Positions 33,228-44,439 of a stretch of DNA of 56,984 nucleotides are shown piece by piece. Under the pieces are notes generated by a model that saw only the letters and a list, made by a program, of their open reading frames with translations, was not told the DNA's origin and made no database searches. The position numbers and the translations under genes were made by a program. This stretch comes from Betaproteobacteria bacterium (GTDB taxonomy: Bacteria; Pseudomonadota; Gammaproteobacteria; Burkholderiales; CAIKXV01). How positions within the stretch are numbered: the stretch's first letter is position 1; each line of letters begins with the position of its first letter. The stretch spans positions 1-56,984 of the forward strand of contig CANHBC010000002.1 of the NCBI GenBank assembly GCA_947458835.1, read 5' to 3'.

Positions 33228-34217
33228 TCACTGGTCGGCCTTGATCTTCGCATCACGCACGACCTTCTGCCACTTCAGGAAGTCGTTGCGGTGCAGGCTG
33301 GCGAAGGCCTCCGGCGTGCCGCCGGCCGGCTCGACGCCAAGCTCGTTGAAGCGCTTGACGATCTCCGGCAGTTTCACGATGCGGTTCACCTCGGTGTTCA
33401 GGCGCATCACCACGTCGCGCGGCACGTTCGCCGGGCCCATCATGCCGAGCCAGACGTTGGCGTCGAACGCCGGCAGCCCGGCCTCGGTGACCGTCGCCAC
33501 GTCGGGCAGCAGCGGCAGCCGCTGGCCGGAGGTGACCGCGAGCCCGCGCAGCTTGCCCGAGCGAACGTGCGGGGCGCCGGTGAGCACGAGGTCGAACATC
33601 ACAGGCACGTTGCCGGAGATCACGTCGATGACGGCGATCGGGTTGGCCTTGTACGGCACGTGCACCATCTGCGTCTCGGTCATCGCGAGGAACAGCTCGG
33701 TGGCCAGGTGCCCGGTGCTGCCCACGCCCGCGGTGGCATAGCCGATCTGGTTGGGCCGCTTCTTCGCGAACGCCACCAGCTCCTTGATGCTCTTCACCGG
33801 CAGCGACGGGTGGACGTTGATCAGGGTGGCCGTGTTCGAGATGTTCACGATCGGCGTGAAATCCTTGAACACGTCAACCGGCACCTTCGGGTTGAGCGCC
33901 GGCGTCGACGAGAAGGCGCCCGAGGTCACCATCAGCGTGTAGCCGTCAGGAGCGGCGCGCGCCACGGCCTCGGCGCCGATCATGCCGGCGGCCCCGGTAC
34001 GGTTCTCGACCAGCACGCTCTGGCCCCACGCTTCGGTGAAGCGCTGTCCGACCAGGCGGGCCATCGTGTCGGCGGAACCGCCAGCGCCGAACGGCACGAT
34101 GATGCGGATCGGCTTGGACGGGTACTGCTGTGCAGCCACCGGCAGCGCGGCGACGAGCGGCAGGGCGCCGGCGAGCGCTGCGAGGCGGACGATGCGTGAG
34201 GCGAGATTGGCGTTCAT
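33228..34217 (-). CDS. Bug/TctC-family substrate-binding protein
   Basis: Signal peptide, then YPSKPIRIIVPFGAGGSADTMARLV. Confidence 0.85.
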   Translation of the reverse strand: MNANLASRIVRLAALAGALPLVAALPVAAQQYPSKPIRIIVPFGAGGSADTMARLVGQRFTEAWGQSVLVENRTGAAGMIGAEAVARAAPDGYTLMVTSGAFSSTPALNPKVPVDVFKDFTPIVNISNTATLINVHPSLPVKSIKELVAFAKKRPNQIGYATAGVGSTGHLATELFLAMTETQMVHVPYKANPIAVIDVISGNVPVMFDLVLTGAPHVRSGKLRGLAVTSGQRLPLLPDVATVTEAGLPAFDANVWLGMMGPANVPRDVVMRLNTEVNRIVKLPEIVKRFNELGVEPAGGTPEAFASLHRNDFLKWQKVVRDAKIKADQ

Positions 34218-34301
34218 CGGGGAAGCTCCCGGTTGGTTGAAGAAGGCGGAGGGACGGGCGCCGCAGGCCGCGCTGGCCGTCAGCCGGCCGCGGACGCGGG
34301 C

Positions 34302-35456
34302 TCAGCCGCGCGCGGCGCGGATCATGTTCTTCGCGATCACCAGCTGCTGGATCTGGCTGGTGCCCTCGAAGATCCGGAACAGCCGTACGTCGCGGTACAG
34401 CCGTTCGATCGGGTATTCCTGCATGTAGCCGGCGCCGCCGTGCACCTGCACGCAGCGATCGGCCACGCGCGAGCACATCTCGGAGGCGAACAGCTTGGCG
34501 CACGAGGCCTCTGTGGCGATGTTCGCGCCTTCATCGGCCTGGCGTGCGGCATCGAGCGTCATGCAGCGTGCGGCGTAGATCTCGGCCTTCGAGTCGGCCA
34601 GCATCGCCTGCACCAGCTGGAAGCCCGCGATCGGCTGCCCGAACTGCTCGCGCTGCATCGCATAGGCGAGCGTCTCGTCAAGCATGCGCTGGGCGATGCC
34701 GACGCAGACCGCGGCGATGTTCAGCCGCGCGCGGTCGAGTACCTTCATCGCCGTCTTGAAGCCCTGCCCTTCGACGCCACCGATCAGCGCGCTGGCCGGC
34801 ACGCGAACATCCTGCAGGATCACGTCGGAGGTGTGCGAACCGCGCTGGCCCATCTTGCGGTCCGGTGGCGCGGTGGACAGACCCGGCGTGTCGCGCTCGA
34901 CGATGAACGCGCTGACACCAGCCGCGCCCTTCTGCGACGCATCGGTACGCGCCATCAGCGTGAAGATCGAGGCCTCGGGCGCGTTGGTGATGTACCGCTT
35001 GGTGCCGTTGATGACGTAGTGGTCGCCATCGCGCCGCGCGAAGGTCTTGAGGCCACCGGCATCCGAGCCATTGTCCGGCTCGGTCAGCGCGAAGCTGCCG
35101 ATGATCTCGCCGGCGGCGAGCCGGTGCAGGTAGCGCTCCTTCTGCTCCGGCGTGCCGTCGATGACGATACCCATGCCGCCGATGCCGTTGTTGGTTCCGA
35201 CGTAGGAGCGGAACACCGGCGACGCGTAGCAGAGCTCGAACGCGACGTGCATCTGCTCTTCGGTGGTCAGCCCCAGCCCGCCGTACTCGCGCGGCAGCGC
35301 GTAGCCGAACAGCCCCATCTCGCGCATCTCGCGAACGATGTCCGCGGGCATTGCGTCGGCTTCGGTGACCGCAGCCTCTGCCGGGATCAGCCGCTCGCGC
35401 ACGAAGCGGCGGATCGATTCGAGCAGCAGCCCGAGCGTTTCGGCATCCTGGATCAT
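34302..35456 (-). CDS. acyl-CoA dehydrogenase family protein
   Basis: 384 aa. ...FALTEPDNGSDAGGLKT..., ...VHGGAGYMQEYPIERLYRDVRLFRIFEGTSQIQ... Confidence 0.9.
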   Translation of the reverse strand: MIQDAETLGLLLESIRRFVRERLIPAEAAVTEADAMPADIVREMREMGLFGYALPREYGGLGLTTEEQMHVAFELCYASPVFRSYVGTNNGIGGMGIVIDGTPEQKERYLHRLAAGEIIGSFALTEPDNGSDAGGLKTFARRDGDHYVINGTKRYITNAPEASIFTLMARTDASQKGAAGVSAFIVERDTPGLSTAPPDRKMGQRGSHTSDVILQDVRVPASALIGGVEGQGFKTAMKVLDRARLNIAAVCVGIAQRMLDETLAYAMQREQFGQPIAGFQLVQAMLADSKAEIYAARCMTLDAARQADEGANIATEASCAKLFASEMCSRVADRCVQVHGGAGYMQEYPIERLYRDVRLFRIFEGTSQIQQLVIAKNMIRAARG

Positions 35457-35460
35457 CGGG

Positions 35461-36471
35461 TCAATCCGCGTTCGCGCCGGACTTGCGCACGACCTCGCCC
35501 CAGCGCTTGAGCTCGGCGTCGATCAGCCGGTTGAAGTCGGCTGGCGTGCCGCCCATCGCCTCGATGCTGAGGTCGGCCAGCTTCGCCTGGGTGCCCGGCA
35601 GCGCGAGCAGGCGGTTGGTCTCGGCGTTGACCTTGTCGATCACCGCCCTGGGTGTGCCGCGCTGGGTGATCAGGCCGAACCACGCGTAGGCCAGGTAGCC
35701 GGGAAGGCCCGCCTCCTCGACCGTAGGCACGTCGGGCAGGATGCTGCTGCGCTTGGGCGTGCCCATGGCCAGCGCGCGAAGCTTGCCGGACTTGATCTGC
35801 GGCACGTAGGGCGGCAGGTTGTCGATCGCCATCGCGATGCCGCTGGAGGTCATCAGGTCGGAGAGCACCATCGCGCTGCCCTTGAACGCGGCGAAGGTGA
35901 GGTCGACGCCGGCCATCGTCTTGAACAGTTCGCCCGAAAGGTGTCCGGTGGTCCCGATGCCAGGCGCGCCGAACGCGAGCTTGCCCGGGTTGGCGCGGGC
36001 TGCGGCGATGAATTCCTTCAGGGTGCGATGGGGCGAGCTCGCGTTGACCACGAACGCATTGGGCGTCTGGCCGACCGCAACCACCGCCTCGAAGTTCTGC
36101 GGGCTCCACGACAGCTTGCGGTAGAGCGTCGGGTTGATGCCCGACACCCCGGCCGTGGTCATCATCATCGTGTAGCCGTCGGGGTTGGCACGCGCGGCCA
36201 GTTCGGCACCGATGTTGCCGCCGGCGCCCGGGCGGTTGTCGATCACGAACGTCTGGCCCCAGCGCTCGCCCAGGTGCTGGGCGACCACTCGTGCGAGGAT
36301 GTCGGTGGTCCCGGCGGGTGGGAAACCGACGATGAAACGTACCGAGCGGTTCGGGTAGTCCGCCGCCGGATCAGCCCCCTTCGACGGCGCCTGCGCAAGC
36401 CCGTGGCCAGACGCGGAAACGAAGGCCGCAAGCGCGGCCGCCAGGTAACCCGCATTAATCCTGCGTGTCAT
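35461..36471 (-). CDS. Bug/TctC-family substrate-binding protein
   Basis: Signal peptide, then YPNRSVRFIVGFPPAGTTDILARVV. Its stop lies 4 nt from the ACAD gene start. Confidence 0.85.
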   Translation of the reverse strand: MTRRINAGYLAAALAAFVSASGHGLAQAPSKGADPAADYPNRSVRFIVGFPPAGTTDILARVVAQHLGERWGQTFVIDNRPGAGGNIGAELAARANPDGYTMMMTTAGVSGINPTLYRKLSWSPQNFEAVVAVGQTPNAFVVNASSPHRTLKEFIAAARANPGKLAFGAPGIGTTGHLSGELFKTMAGVDLTFAAFKGSAMVLSDLMTSSGIAMAIDNLPPYVPQIKSGKLRALAMGTPKRSSILPDVPTVEEAGLPGYLAYAWFGLITQRGTPRAVIDKVNAETNRLLALPGTQAKLADLSIEAMGGTPADFNRLIDAELKRWGEVVRKSGANAD

Positions 36472-36594
36472 GTTCTTTCTCCTCCGCGGCGTTATGCTCG
36501 GCTGTGGTCATATGACGGGTGCAAGCCCTTTATCCTTTTTCCCGCCTGACCAGATTGTAGCTGCGGGAAAACTCTTGAGGCTACGATCGATACG

Positions 36595-38040
36595 ATGAGC
36601 CCTCCTGACGTGTTCCGCTCCCTGGACTGCTGGCTCTGGCGGCTCGACACGCCGACCGCCCGCATCGTGTCCGCCGGCGGCCACAATCCCTTCGGACCGA
36701 GCGCGGGAAACTGGCGCGCGATGCTTCGCCTGCCAGAGACCGACGGTCGCCGGGCGGTGTTCCAGGCCATCCGCCGGCTGCGCGCGAGCCGCCGGGACGG
36801 GACACTGCGCGTGGAGGCGATCGCGATCCCTGCGGGGTCCGGCCAGAGCCAGCTGGTCGACCTGCTGCTCGGTCGCCATGTAGATGCGTCAGGGTGTCCG
36901 GCATGGACGGGGATGGTGGCGCGCCGCTGGCCGTCTGTCGGCCACCCCCCACCGGCTGTCGGACAAGGCGTCGCCCTCGCAGGCGATGAATTCGACGCCG
37001 CCGGCCTCGGCCGATGGTCGCTCGCCAGCCTCGAGGAAGACGTCCTGTTGTCGCGCACCGCGGCTCGGCTGATGGGATTCGGCGACCGCGCCTGCGCGGT
37101 GCCGCTCGGCGCATGGCTGGGACGCCCTCTCCCGCCGGACCAGCCGCGCCTGATCCGCCAGATGGAGCGTCTGGTCTCGGGCGACATCGAGCGCTTCGAG
37201 CTCGACCTGCGGGGCTGCAACCCTGCGCAGCCCCAGGCAGCCCTGCGGCTCACCGCACTGCGCGGCCGCGGAAAGGGCATGGAGATGGTCGGCATGGTGG
37301 AGGCGACGCCATCGGCCCCCGCCACCGCGTCGGCGCAGGGCAGCCAGACCGCGCCTCCTGCAGGCACGGCACCGGCCGGCACACCCGCCGGAACGAAACC
37401 CGGGCCGGAGCGCAACACCCTGGTGCGCGAGATACACCACCGGATCAAGAACCACCTGCAGGGCATGACCGGCTTGATCGAGCGCTACCGCAGCGACCAA
37501 CCTGGCATCGGCGAGGCGCTGGATGCCATCGGCAGCCAGCTGCAGTCGATCGGCACCGTGTACGGGCTGCTGGCCCGCTCCGGGCGCGCAGACCTCGCGC
37601 TCGACGAGATCGCACAGGCGGTGGCCGACGGCCTGCGCGGCATCGCTCCGAACGGCTTCCAGACCCGATTCCCCGAGGGGCTGGGCGGCTGGCACATCGC
37701 GGAACAGCACTGCGTGGCGATCGCGCTGGTGGTCAACGAGCTGCTGATGAACGCCATCAAGCACGGCGGTTCACGTCCCGGCCTGCCGCCGGTGACGGTC
37801 GACTGCGAACTGCTGTCCGGCGGCTGCAGGCTTCTTGTCCGCAATGAGGGAACCCTGCCGGCGGGGTTCGACTTCGCAACGAACAGCGGCACACGCACCG
37901 GCCTGCAGCTCGTGCGCGCGCTGCTTCCGGCGCGTGGCACGACGTTCATGATCCTCGGCAGCGGAGGCCATGTCGAGGTATCGCTGCTGCTCCAGCCCCC
38001 GGTGCTGGCGCCCACCGTCCCCGTGGCTGCCGACGCGTAA
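36595..38040 (+). CDS. cytoplasmic sensor histidine kinase, PAS-PAS-HisKA_2-HATPase (PdtaS-like)
   Basis: H-box REIHHRIKNHLQ (HisKA_2 type), N-box ELLMNAIKHG and G-box-like TGLQLVRAL. No TM segments. Two PAS-like N-terminal regions. Confidence 0.8.
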   Translation: MSPPDVFRSLDCWLWRLDTPTARIVSAGGHNPFGPSAGNWRAMLRLPETDGRRAVFQAIRRLRASRRDGTLRVEAIAIPAGSGQSQLVDLLLGRHVDASGCPAWTGMVARRWPSVGHPPPAVGQGVALAGDEFDAAGLGRWSLASLEEDVLLSRTAARLMGFGDRACAVPLGAWLGRPLPPDQPRLIRQMERLVSGDIERFELDLRGCNPAQPQAALRLTALRGRGKGMEMVGMVEATPSAPATASAQGSQTAPPAGTAPAGTPAGTKPGPERNTLVREIHHRIKNHLQGMTGLIERYRSDQPGIGEALDAIGSQLQSIGTVYGLLARSGRADLALDEIAQAVADGLRGIAPNGFQTRFPEGLGGWHIAEQHCVAIALVVNELLMNAIKHGGSRPGLPPVTVDCELLSGGCRLLVRNEGTLPAGFDFATNSGTRTGLQLVRALLPARGTTFMILGSGGHVEVSLLLQPPVLAPTVPVAADA

Positions 38041-38136
38041 CACGTGCGAGGAATTCCGCTCCGGCGCCGCTTCGCCGGGGATTACAATGAATGTTTACAA
38101 TCTTGCCATGATCGCCTACAGCGCCATCCGACCCAG

Positions 38137-38763
38137 ATGACAACGTCTCCCGTGACCGCCTCGGCGGAAGACATCGCTCCGACGACGGTACTGATCGTCG
38201 ATGACGATCCGCTGATCCTGACAACCATGCGGGACGGCCTGCAGCGCGCCGGCTACGACGTGCTGGCCGCCGCCTCGGCCGAAGAGGCGCTGGAACTCAC
38301 GCGCGATGACGCACCCGACGCAGCGCTGATCGACATGCGCATGCCGGGGATGAGCGGGCTCGAGCTCGCCGAGGCATTGCTCGACCGCGCACCGCTGGCG
38401 ATCGTGTTCCTGTCAGCTTACGACGACCTCGAACTCGTGCGCGAAGCAGCCACCCAGGGCGCCTACGGTTACCTGGTCAAGCCGGCGCTGCTCCGCCACA
38501 TCGTGCCGGCGATCGAATCGGCGGTGGTGCGCGCACGCGACCTTGCCCAGATCGAGGACGAGCAGGAGCGGCTGCGCGGCGCGCTCGAGGGCCAGCAGGA
38601 GATCAGCGTCGCGGTCGGCATCATGATGGAACGCCAGCGACTCTCCCGGAACGCGGCATTCAACTACCTGCGCAGCGAAGCACGCAGCGGACGCCGCAAA
38701 CTGCGCGATGTCGCAAACGAGTACATCGCCGCCGAAGAGCGACTCAACCGCACCGACGACTGA
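38137..38763 (+). CDS. response regulator with ANTAR RNA-binding output domain (PdtaR/AmiR-like)
   Basis: REC domain VLIVDDDP...DAALIDMRMPGMSG...KP. ANTAR domain QQEISVAVGIMMERQRLSRNAAFNYLRSEARSGRRKLRDVANEYI. ATG at 38137. Confidence 0.85.
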   Translation: MTTSPVTASAEDIAPTTVLIVDDDPLILTTMRDGLQRAGYDVLAAASAEEALELTRDDAPDAALIDMRMPGMSGLELAEALLDRAPLAIVFLSAYDDLELVREAATQGAYGYLVKPALLRHIVPAIESAVVRARDLAQIEDEQERLRGALEGQQEISVAVGIMMERQRLSRNAAFNYLRSEARSGRRKLRDVANEYIAAEERLNRTDD

Positions 38764-38884
38764 GCCTGTACACGGGGATCCGTACCATGGCGCCGGCCGC
38801 GCTGCAGGCCGGCCGTGCGCGCGCCCCGATGACCGGGCGGTTCCGGCGATACACTACCGGCCGGACTTCGCACGACGGGCTGCC

Positions 38885-40573
38885 ATGACCTCCTCCAACC
38901 ATCCGCCGCGTACCGGCGGCCAGATCCTCGCCGACCAGTTGCGCATCCACGGGGTCGACCTCGCCTTCGGCGTGCCGGGCGAGAGCTACCTCGCACTGCT
39001 CGACGCGATGCACGACCACCGCGACGCCATGCGCTTCGTGATCTGCCGCCAGGAAGGCGGGGCGGCGAACATGGCCGATGCATACGGCAAGCTGACCGGA
39101 CGGCCGGGCATCTGCATGGTCACCCGGGGCCCGGGAGCGACCAACGCGTCGATCGGCGTGCACACCGCCTTCCAGGACTCGACGCCGATGATCCTGTTCA
39201 TCGGTCAGGTCGCGCGCGACTACGTCGACCGCGAGTCGTTCCAGGAGATCGACTACCGCCGGTTCTACGGTCCGTTCATGAGCAAGTGGACCGCACAGAT
39301 CGACTCGGCCGCACGCGTTCCGGAGTACGTCAGCCGCGCGTTCCACGTCGCCACGTCCGGCCGGCCAGGCCCGGTGGTGCTGGCCCTGCCCGAGGACATG
39401 CTGACCGAGACCGCCTGCGTGCCCGACGCCGCGCCGTACCAGCGAGTGCAGGCCAGCCCGTCGGCGGCGGACCTCCAGGCGCTGCATGCAAGGCTGCTCG
39501 CCGCGAAGCGACCGTTCCTGATGGTCGGCGGCAGCGGCTGGACTGCACAGGCGGTCGAGGACATCGCGGCGTTCGCCCACGCCAACCGGCTGCCGGTGGG
39601 CTGCTCGTTCCGGTGCCAGGACCTGGTGGACAACCGCTCGCCGAACTACGCGGGCGACGTCGGCGTCGGCATCAACCCGGCGCTCGCCGAGCGCATCCGC
39701 AGCGCGGACCTGCTGCTGGTGGTCGGCCCGCGCCTGGGCGAGATGGCCACCCAGGGCTACACCCTGCTCGAGGTGCCACGCATGAAGCCGGCGCTGGTGC
39801 ACGTGCACGCCGGTGCCGAGGAGCTCGGCCGCGTGTACCAGGGCGAGCTGCTGATCAATTCCGGCATGCCGGAGATGGCCGCCGCGCTGCGCGCGCTGCC
39901 GACGGTGCCCGAAGACGTGGCGGCCAGCTGGAGCGACTGGACGGCGAGCGCGCATGCCGACTACCTGAAGACACTCGAGCCTGTTTCCCCCCCCGGGGAC
40001 GTCAACCTGTCGGTGGTGCTGCGGCAGTTGCGCCAGCGCCTGCCCGACGATGCGATCGTCACCAACGGCGCCGGCAACTACGCGGCCTGGCTGCACCGCT
40101 TCTTCGACTACCGGGGCTACCGCACGCAGCTCGCCCCGACCAGCGGCGCGATGGGCTACGGCGTACCCTCGGCCGTCGCGGCCGCGCTGGTGCACCCGGG
40201 GCGCACGGTCGTGTCGTGGAACGGCGACGGCTGCTTCATGATGAATGGCCAGGAGATGGCCACCGCCGCGCAGTTCGGCGCGAAGGTGGTGTTCTGCGTG
40301 GTCAACAACGGCATGTTCGGTACGATCCGGATGCACCAGGAACGCGAGTACCCGGCGCGGGTGTCCGGCACCGAGCTCAGGAACCCAGACTTCGTCCAGC
40401 TCGGCCGCGCCTACGGTGCCCACGCCGAGCTCGTCACGCGCACCGATGCTTTCGGGCCGGCGCTCGATCGCTGCCTCGCGCACGACGGCCCTTCGCTGAT
40501 CGAGATCCGCACCGACCCGGAAGCAATCACGCCGCGCACCACCCTTACCGCGCTGCGCAACGCGAAGCGCTGA
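38885..40573 (+). CDS. thiamine-pyrophosphate-dependent enzyme (acetolactate synthase large-subunit-like family)
   Basis: N-terminal GVDLAFGVPGESYLALLDA and GPGATNA. TPP-binding motif NGDGCFMMNGQEMATAAQFGAKVVFCVVNNG. Confidence 0.8.
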   Translation: MTSSNHPPRTGGQILADQLRIHGVDLAFGVPGESYLALLDAMHDHRDAMRFVICRQEGGAANMADAYGKLTGRPGICMVTRGPGATNASIGVHTAFQDSTPMILFIGQVARDYVDRESFQEIDYRRFYGPFMSKWTAQIDSAARVPEYVSRAFHVATSGRPGPVVLALPEDMLTETACVPDAAPYQRVQASPSAADLQALHARLLAAKRPFLMVGGSGWTAQAVEDIAAFAHANRLPVGCSFRCQDLVDNRSPNYAGDVGVGINPALAERIRSADLLLVVGPRLGEMATQGYTLLEVPRMKPALVHVHAGAEELGRVYQGELLINSGMPEMAAALRALPTVPEDVAASWSDWTASAHADYLKTLEPVSPPGDVNLSVVLRQLRQRLPDDAIVTNGAGNYAAWLHRFFDYRGYRTQLAPTSGAMGYGVPSAVAAALVHPGRTVVSWNGDGCFMMNGQEMATAAQFGAKVVFCVVNNGMFGTIRMHQEREYPARVSGTELRNPDFVQLGRAYGAHAELVTRTDAFGPALDRCLAHDGPSLIEIRTDPEAITPRTTLTALRNAKR

Positions 40574-40589
40574 CGCTGGCACGCCGGCG

Positions 40590-41357
40590 ATGCCGGGGAT
40601 GATGCCCGACCCGGCGACCCTGGCCGTCTGCCTGGTCGCCATCTTCGCGATCGCCTTCATGAAGGGCGCCTTCGGGGGCGGTCTGGCCGCGTTGGGTATC
40701 CCGCTGATGTCGCTGGTGCTCGACCCGATCTCGGCTGGCGCACTGATGGCGCCGCTGTTCATCGTGATGGACGTGGTGGCCTTCCGCTACTGGAAGCCGT
40801 CGACCTGGTCGAGGCCAGACCTGGCCTGGCTGGTGCCACCGATGGTGATCGGCATCGCCGTGGGCTGGTGGCTGATCAGCCGCCTGGACCCGCACTGGGT
40901 GGCGATCGTGATCGCGCTGGTCACGCTCGGCTTCGCCGCGCAGTGGTATGCCGGGGGCAGCCGGATCGTCACCCGCCCGCGATCACGGGCACGCGCCTTG
41001 CTGGCCGGTGGCGCCTCGGGGGTGACGACGATGATCGCGCACACCGGTGGCCCGCCGGTGGCGATGTACCTGCTGTCGCTGGGCCTGCCCAAGTCGATCT
41101 ACGCCGGGACCACCAGCATGTACTTCACCGTTGCCAACGCGGTGAAGGCGGGCCCCTGGCTGATGCTCGGGCAGCCGGACGCGAAGCTCTGGGTACTGAT
41201 CCTCGCCTGCACCAGCGTCGTGCCGCTCGGTGTATGGGTGGGCTGGCGGATGCACCAGCGGCTCGATCAGCGCCAGCTCTATTCGCTCTGCTACGCGCTG
41301 CTGGTGCTGACGTCCCTGAAGCTCCTGTGGGATGGCGTCCGCGGGCTGTCCGGCTGA
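40590..41357 (+). CDS. TauE/SafE (DUF81) family anion-export-type membrane protein
   Basis: 255 aa and polytopic. N-terminus VCLVAIFAIAFMKGAFGGGLAALGIPLMSLVL is typical of the family. Confidence 0.7.
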   Translation: MPGMMPDPATLAVCLVAIFAIAFMKGAFGGGLAALGIPLMSLVLDPISAGALMAPLFIVMDVVAFRYWKPSTWSRPDLAWLVPPMVIGIAVGWWLISRLDPHWVAIVIALVTLGFAAQWYAGGSRIVTRPRSRARALLAGGASGVTTMIAHTGGPPVAMYLLSLGLPKSIYAGTTSMYFTVANAVKAGPWLMLGQPDAKLWVLILACTSVVPLGVWVGWRMHQRLDQRQLYSLCYALLVLTSLKLLWDGVRGLSG

Positions 41358-41448
41358 CCCGCCACCGTCGCCCCACGGAGAAGTTGCGTGCGGCCACGCG
41401 GCTGAAGCGGGATAATCCGTGAATCCCGATAGCCCACCCGGAGCGGAT

Positions 41449-42446
<998 letters not shown>

Positions 42447-42450
<4 letters not shown>

Positions 42451-44435
42451 GCGACTCGCCGCAGATCGCCGGGGGCTCGCCCGGCACCGGGTCGGCCAGG
42501 GCGACGGGCGGCCCTGCCGCGCCCGGAGGCGACGGCGCAACGGGCGACGGCCCGTCAGCATCCGGCCACGACCCGCGCGTGCACGCGCTGGCGCTGGCCG
42601 CGCTGGGCGTGGTGTTCGGCGACATCGGCACCAGCCCGCTGTACGCGATGAAAGAGGTGTTCTCGGAGGCCTACGCGGTCACCGCGACCCACGACCACGT
42701 GCTCGGCGCGGTATCGCTCGTGCTCTGGGCCCTGATGCTGGTGGTATCGGTCAAGTACGTGATGTTCATCATGCGTGCCGACAATCGGGGCGAGGGCGGC
42801 ATCATGGCCCTGATCGCACTGGTGTTGCGCGGCACCGAAAACGCGGCAGACGCGCGCAAGCGGCGCATGCTGATGATCCTCGGCATCTTCGGGGCCGCGC
42901 TGTTCTACGGAGATGGCGCGATCACACCGGCCATATCGGTGCTGTCGGCGGTCGAGGGGCTGAACGTGATCGCCCCGTCTCTGTCTTCCTGGGTGGTGCC
43001 GATCACGCTGGGCGTGCTGGTCGCCCTGTTCCTGATCCAGCGCAAGGGCACCGGGACGGTCGGCCGGCTCTTCGGACCGATCACCCTCGCGTGGTTCCTT
43101 GCGCTGGGCTTGGGCGGCGTGGCCAGCATCGTGCATACGCCCGAGGTCCTGGCCGCGGTGAACCCGGCCTACGGCATCGCGTTCCTGCTCGAACAGCGAT
43201 TCTCGGCGGTGTTCGTGCTCGGCGCCGTGGTGCTGGCGGTCACCGGCGCCGAGGCCCTGTACGCCGACATGGGCCACTTCGGCCGCCGGCCGATCCGCCT
43301 GGCCTGGTTCGGGCTGGTGCTGCCGGCACTGGTGCTCAACTACTTCGGGCAGGCCGCGGTGATGCTGCGCGACCCGACCACCATCCGCAACCCGTTCTAC
43401 CTGATGTTCCCGGAATGGGCGCTGTTCCCGATGCTGCTGCTGGCCACCGCCGCGACGGTGATCGCCTCGCAGGCGGTGATCTCCGGCGCGTTCTCGATGA
43501 CCCGCCAGGCCATACAGCTCGGCTACTGCCCGCGGCTGGCGATCGTACACACCTCCGAGAAAGAGATCGGCCAGGTGTACATCCCCTGGGTCAACTGGAT
43601 GCTGCTGGCTGCGGTGATCGCCCTGGTGATCGGCTTCCAGTCCTCGAGCGCCCTGGCGTCGGCCTACGGCATCGCGGTCACCGGCACGATGGCGATCGAC
43701 ACGCTGCTCGCGGCGATGGTGTTCCGCCGGATCTGGGGCTGGTCCCGGTTGCGCACCGGCCTGTTCCTGGCTGTTTTCCTGGTGATCGACCTCGCGTTCT
43801 TCGGTGCCAACACGCTGAAGATCCTCGACGGCGGCTGGTTCCCGCTGGCCCTCGGGCTGCTGGGCTTCGTGCTGCTCACCACCTGGAAGCGCGGTCGCGA
43901 GCTGCTGATGTCCTCCCTGCGCGAGTCCGGCATCGCCCTTAAGCCGTTCATCGGCGGGCTGGGCAACCATCCACCCGCGCGGGTGGATGGCACTGGCGTG
44001 TTCCTGACCGCCGACCGCGACGGGGTGCCGCATGCGCTGCTGCACAACCTGCTGCACAACAAGGTGCTGCACGAGCGCGTGTTCCTGCTGACCGTGGTGA
44101 TCGACGACGTGCCCTACGTCCCGCCCGACGGCGCACTGTCGGTGGAGGACCTCGGGCACGGTTTCTTCCGCTTGCTGATCCATTTCGGCTTCCGCGACGT
44201 CCCCGACGTGCCGGCGGTGCTCGCCCGGCTCCCGGCGATCGGCCACGGGTTCGAGATGATGGAGACGTCGTTCTTCCTGTCGCGCGAGACCGTGGTGCCG
44301 ACCGTCAAGGCAGGCATGGTGCCGTGGCGCGAACGGCTGTTCGCGACGATGGCGCGCAACGCCGGCAGTGCAGCCGCCTACTTCCGGCTGCCACCGAACC
44401 GGGTGATCGAACTGGGCACGCAGGTCGAGATCTGA
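42447..44435 (+). CDS. kup: Kup-family potassium uptake transporter
   Basis: [21 protein letters not shown] and the full Kup-like polytopic body. The start is uncertain: a TTG at 42447 gives a low-complexity N-terminus, and a GTG at 42579 is the alternative. Confidence 0.85.
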
Positions 44436-44439
44436 CGGC

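Noticed and set aside
38885-41357. TPP enzyme followed by a TauE/SafE exporter, considered as a sulfoacetaldehyde acetyltransferase (Xsc) desulfonation module exporting sulfite.
   Set aside because: The TPP enzyme N-terminus (GVDLAFGVPGESYLALLDA...) looks like the generic acetolactate-synthase-like family, not Xsc. No pta, tauXY or other sulfonate genes are nearby. DUF81/TauE proteins are widespread with mostly unknown substrates.
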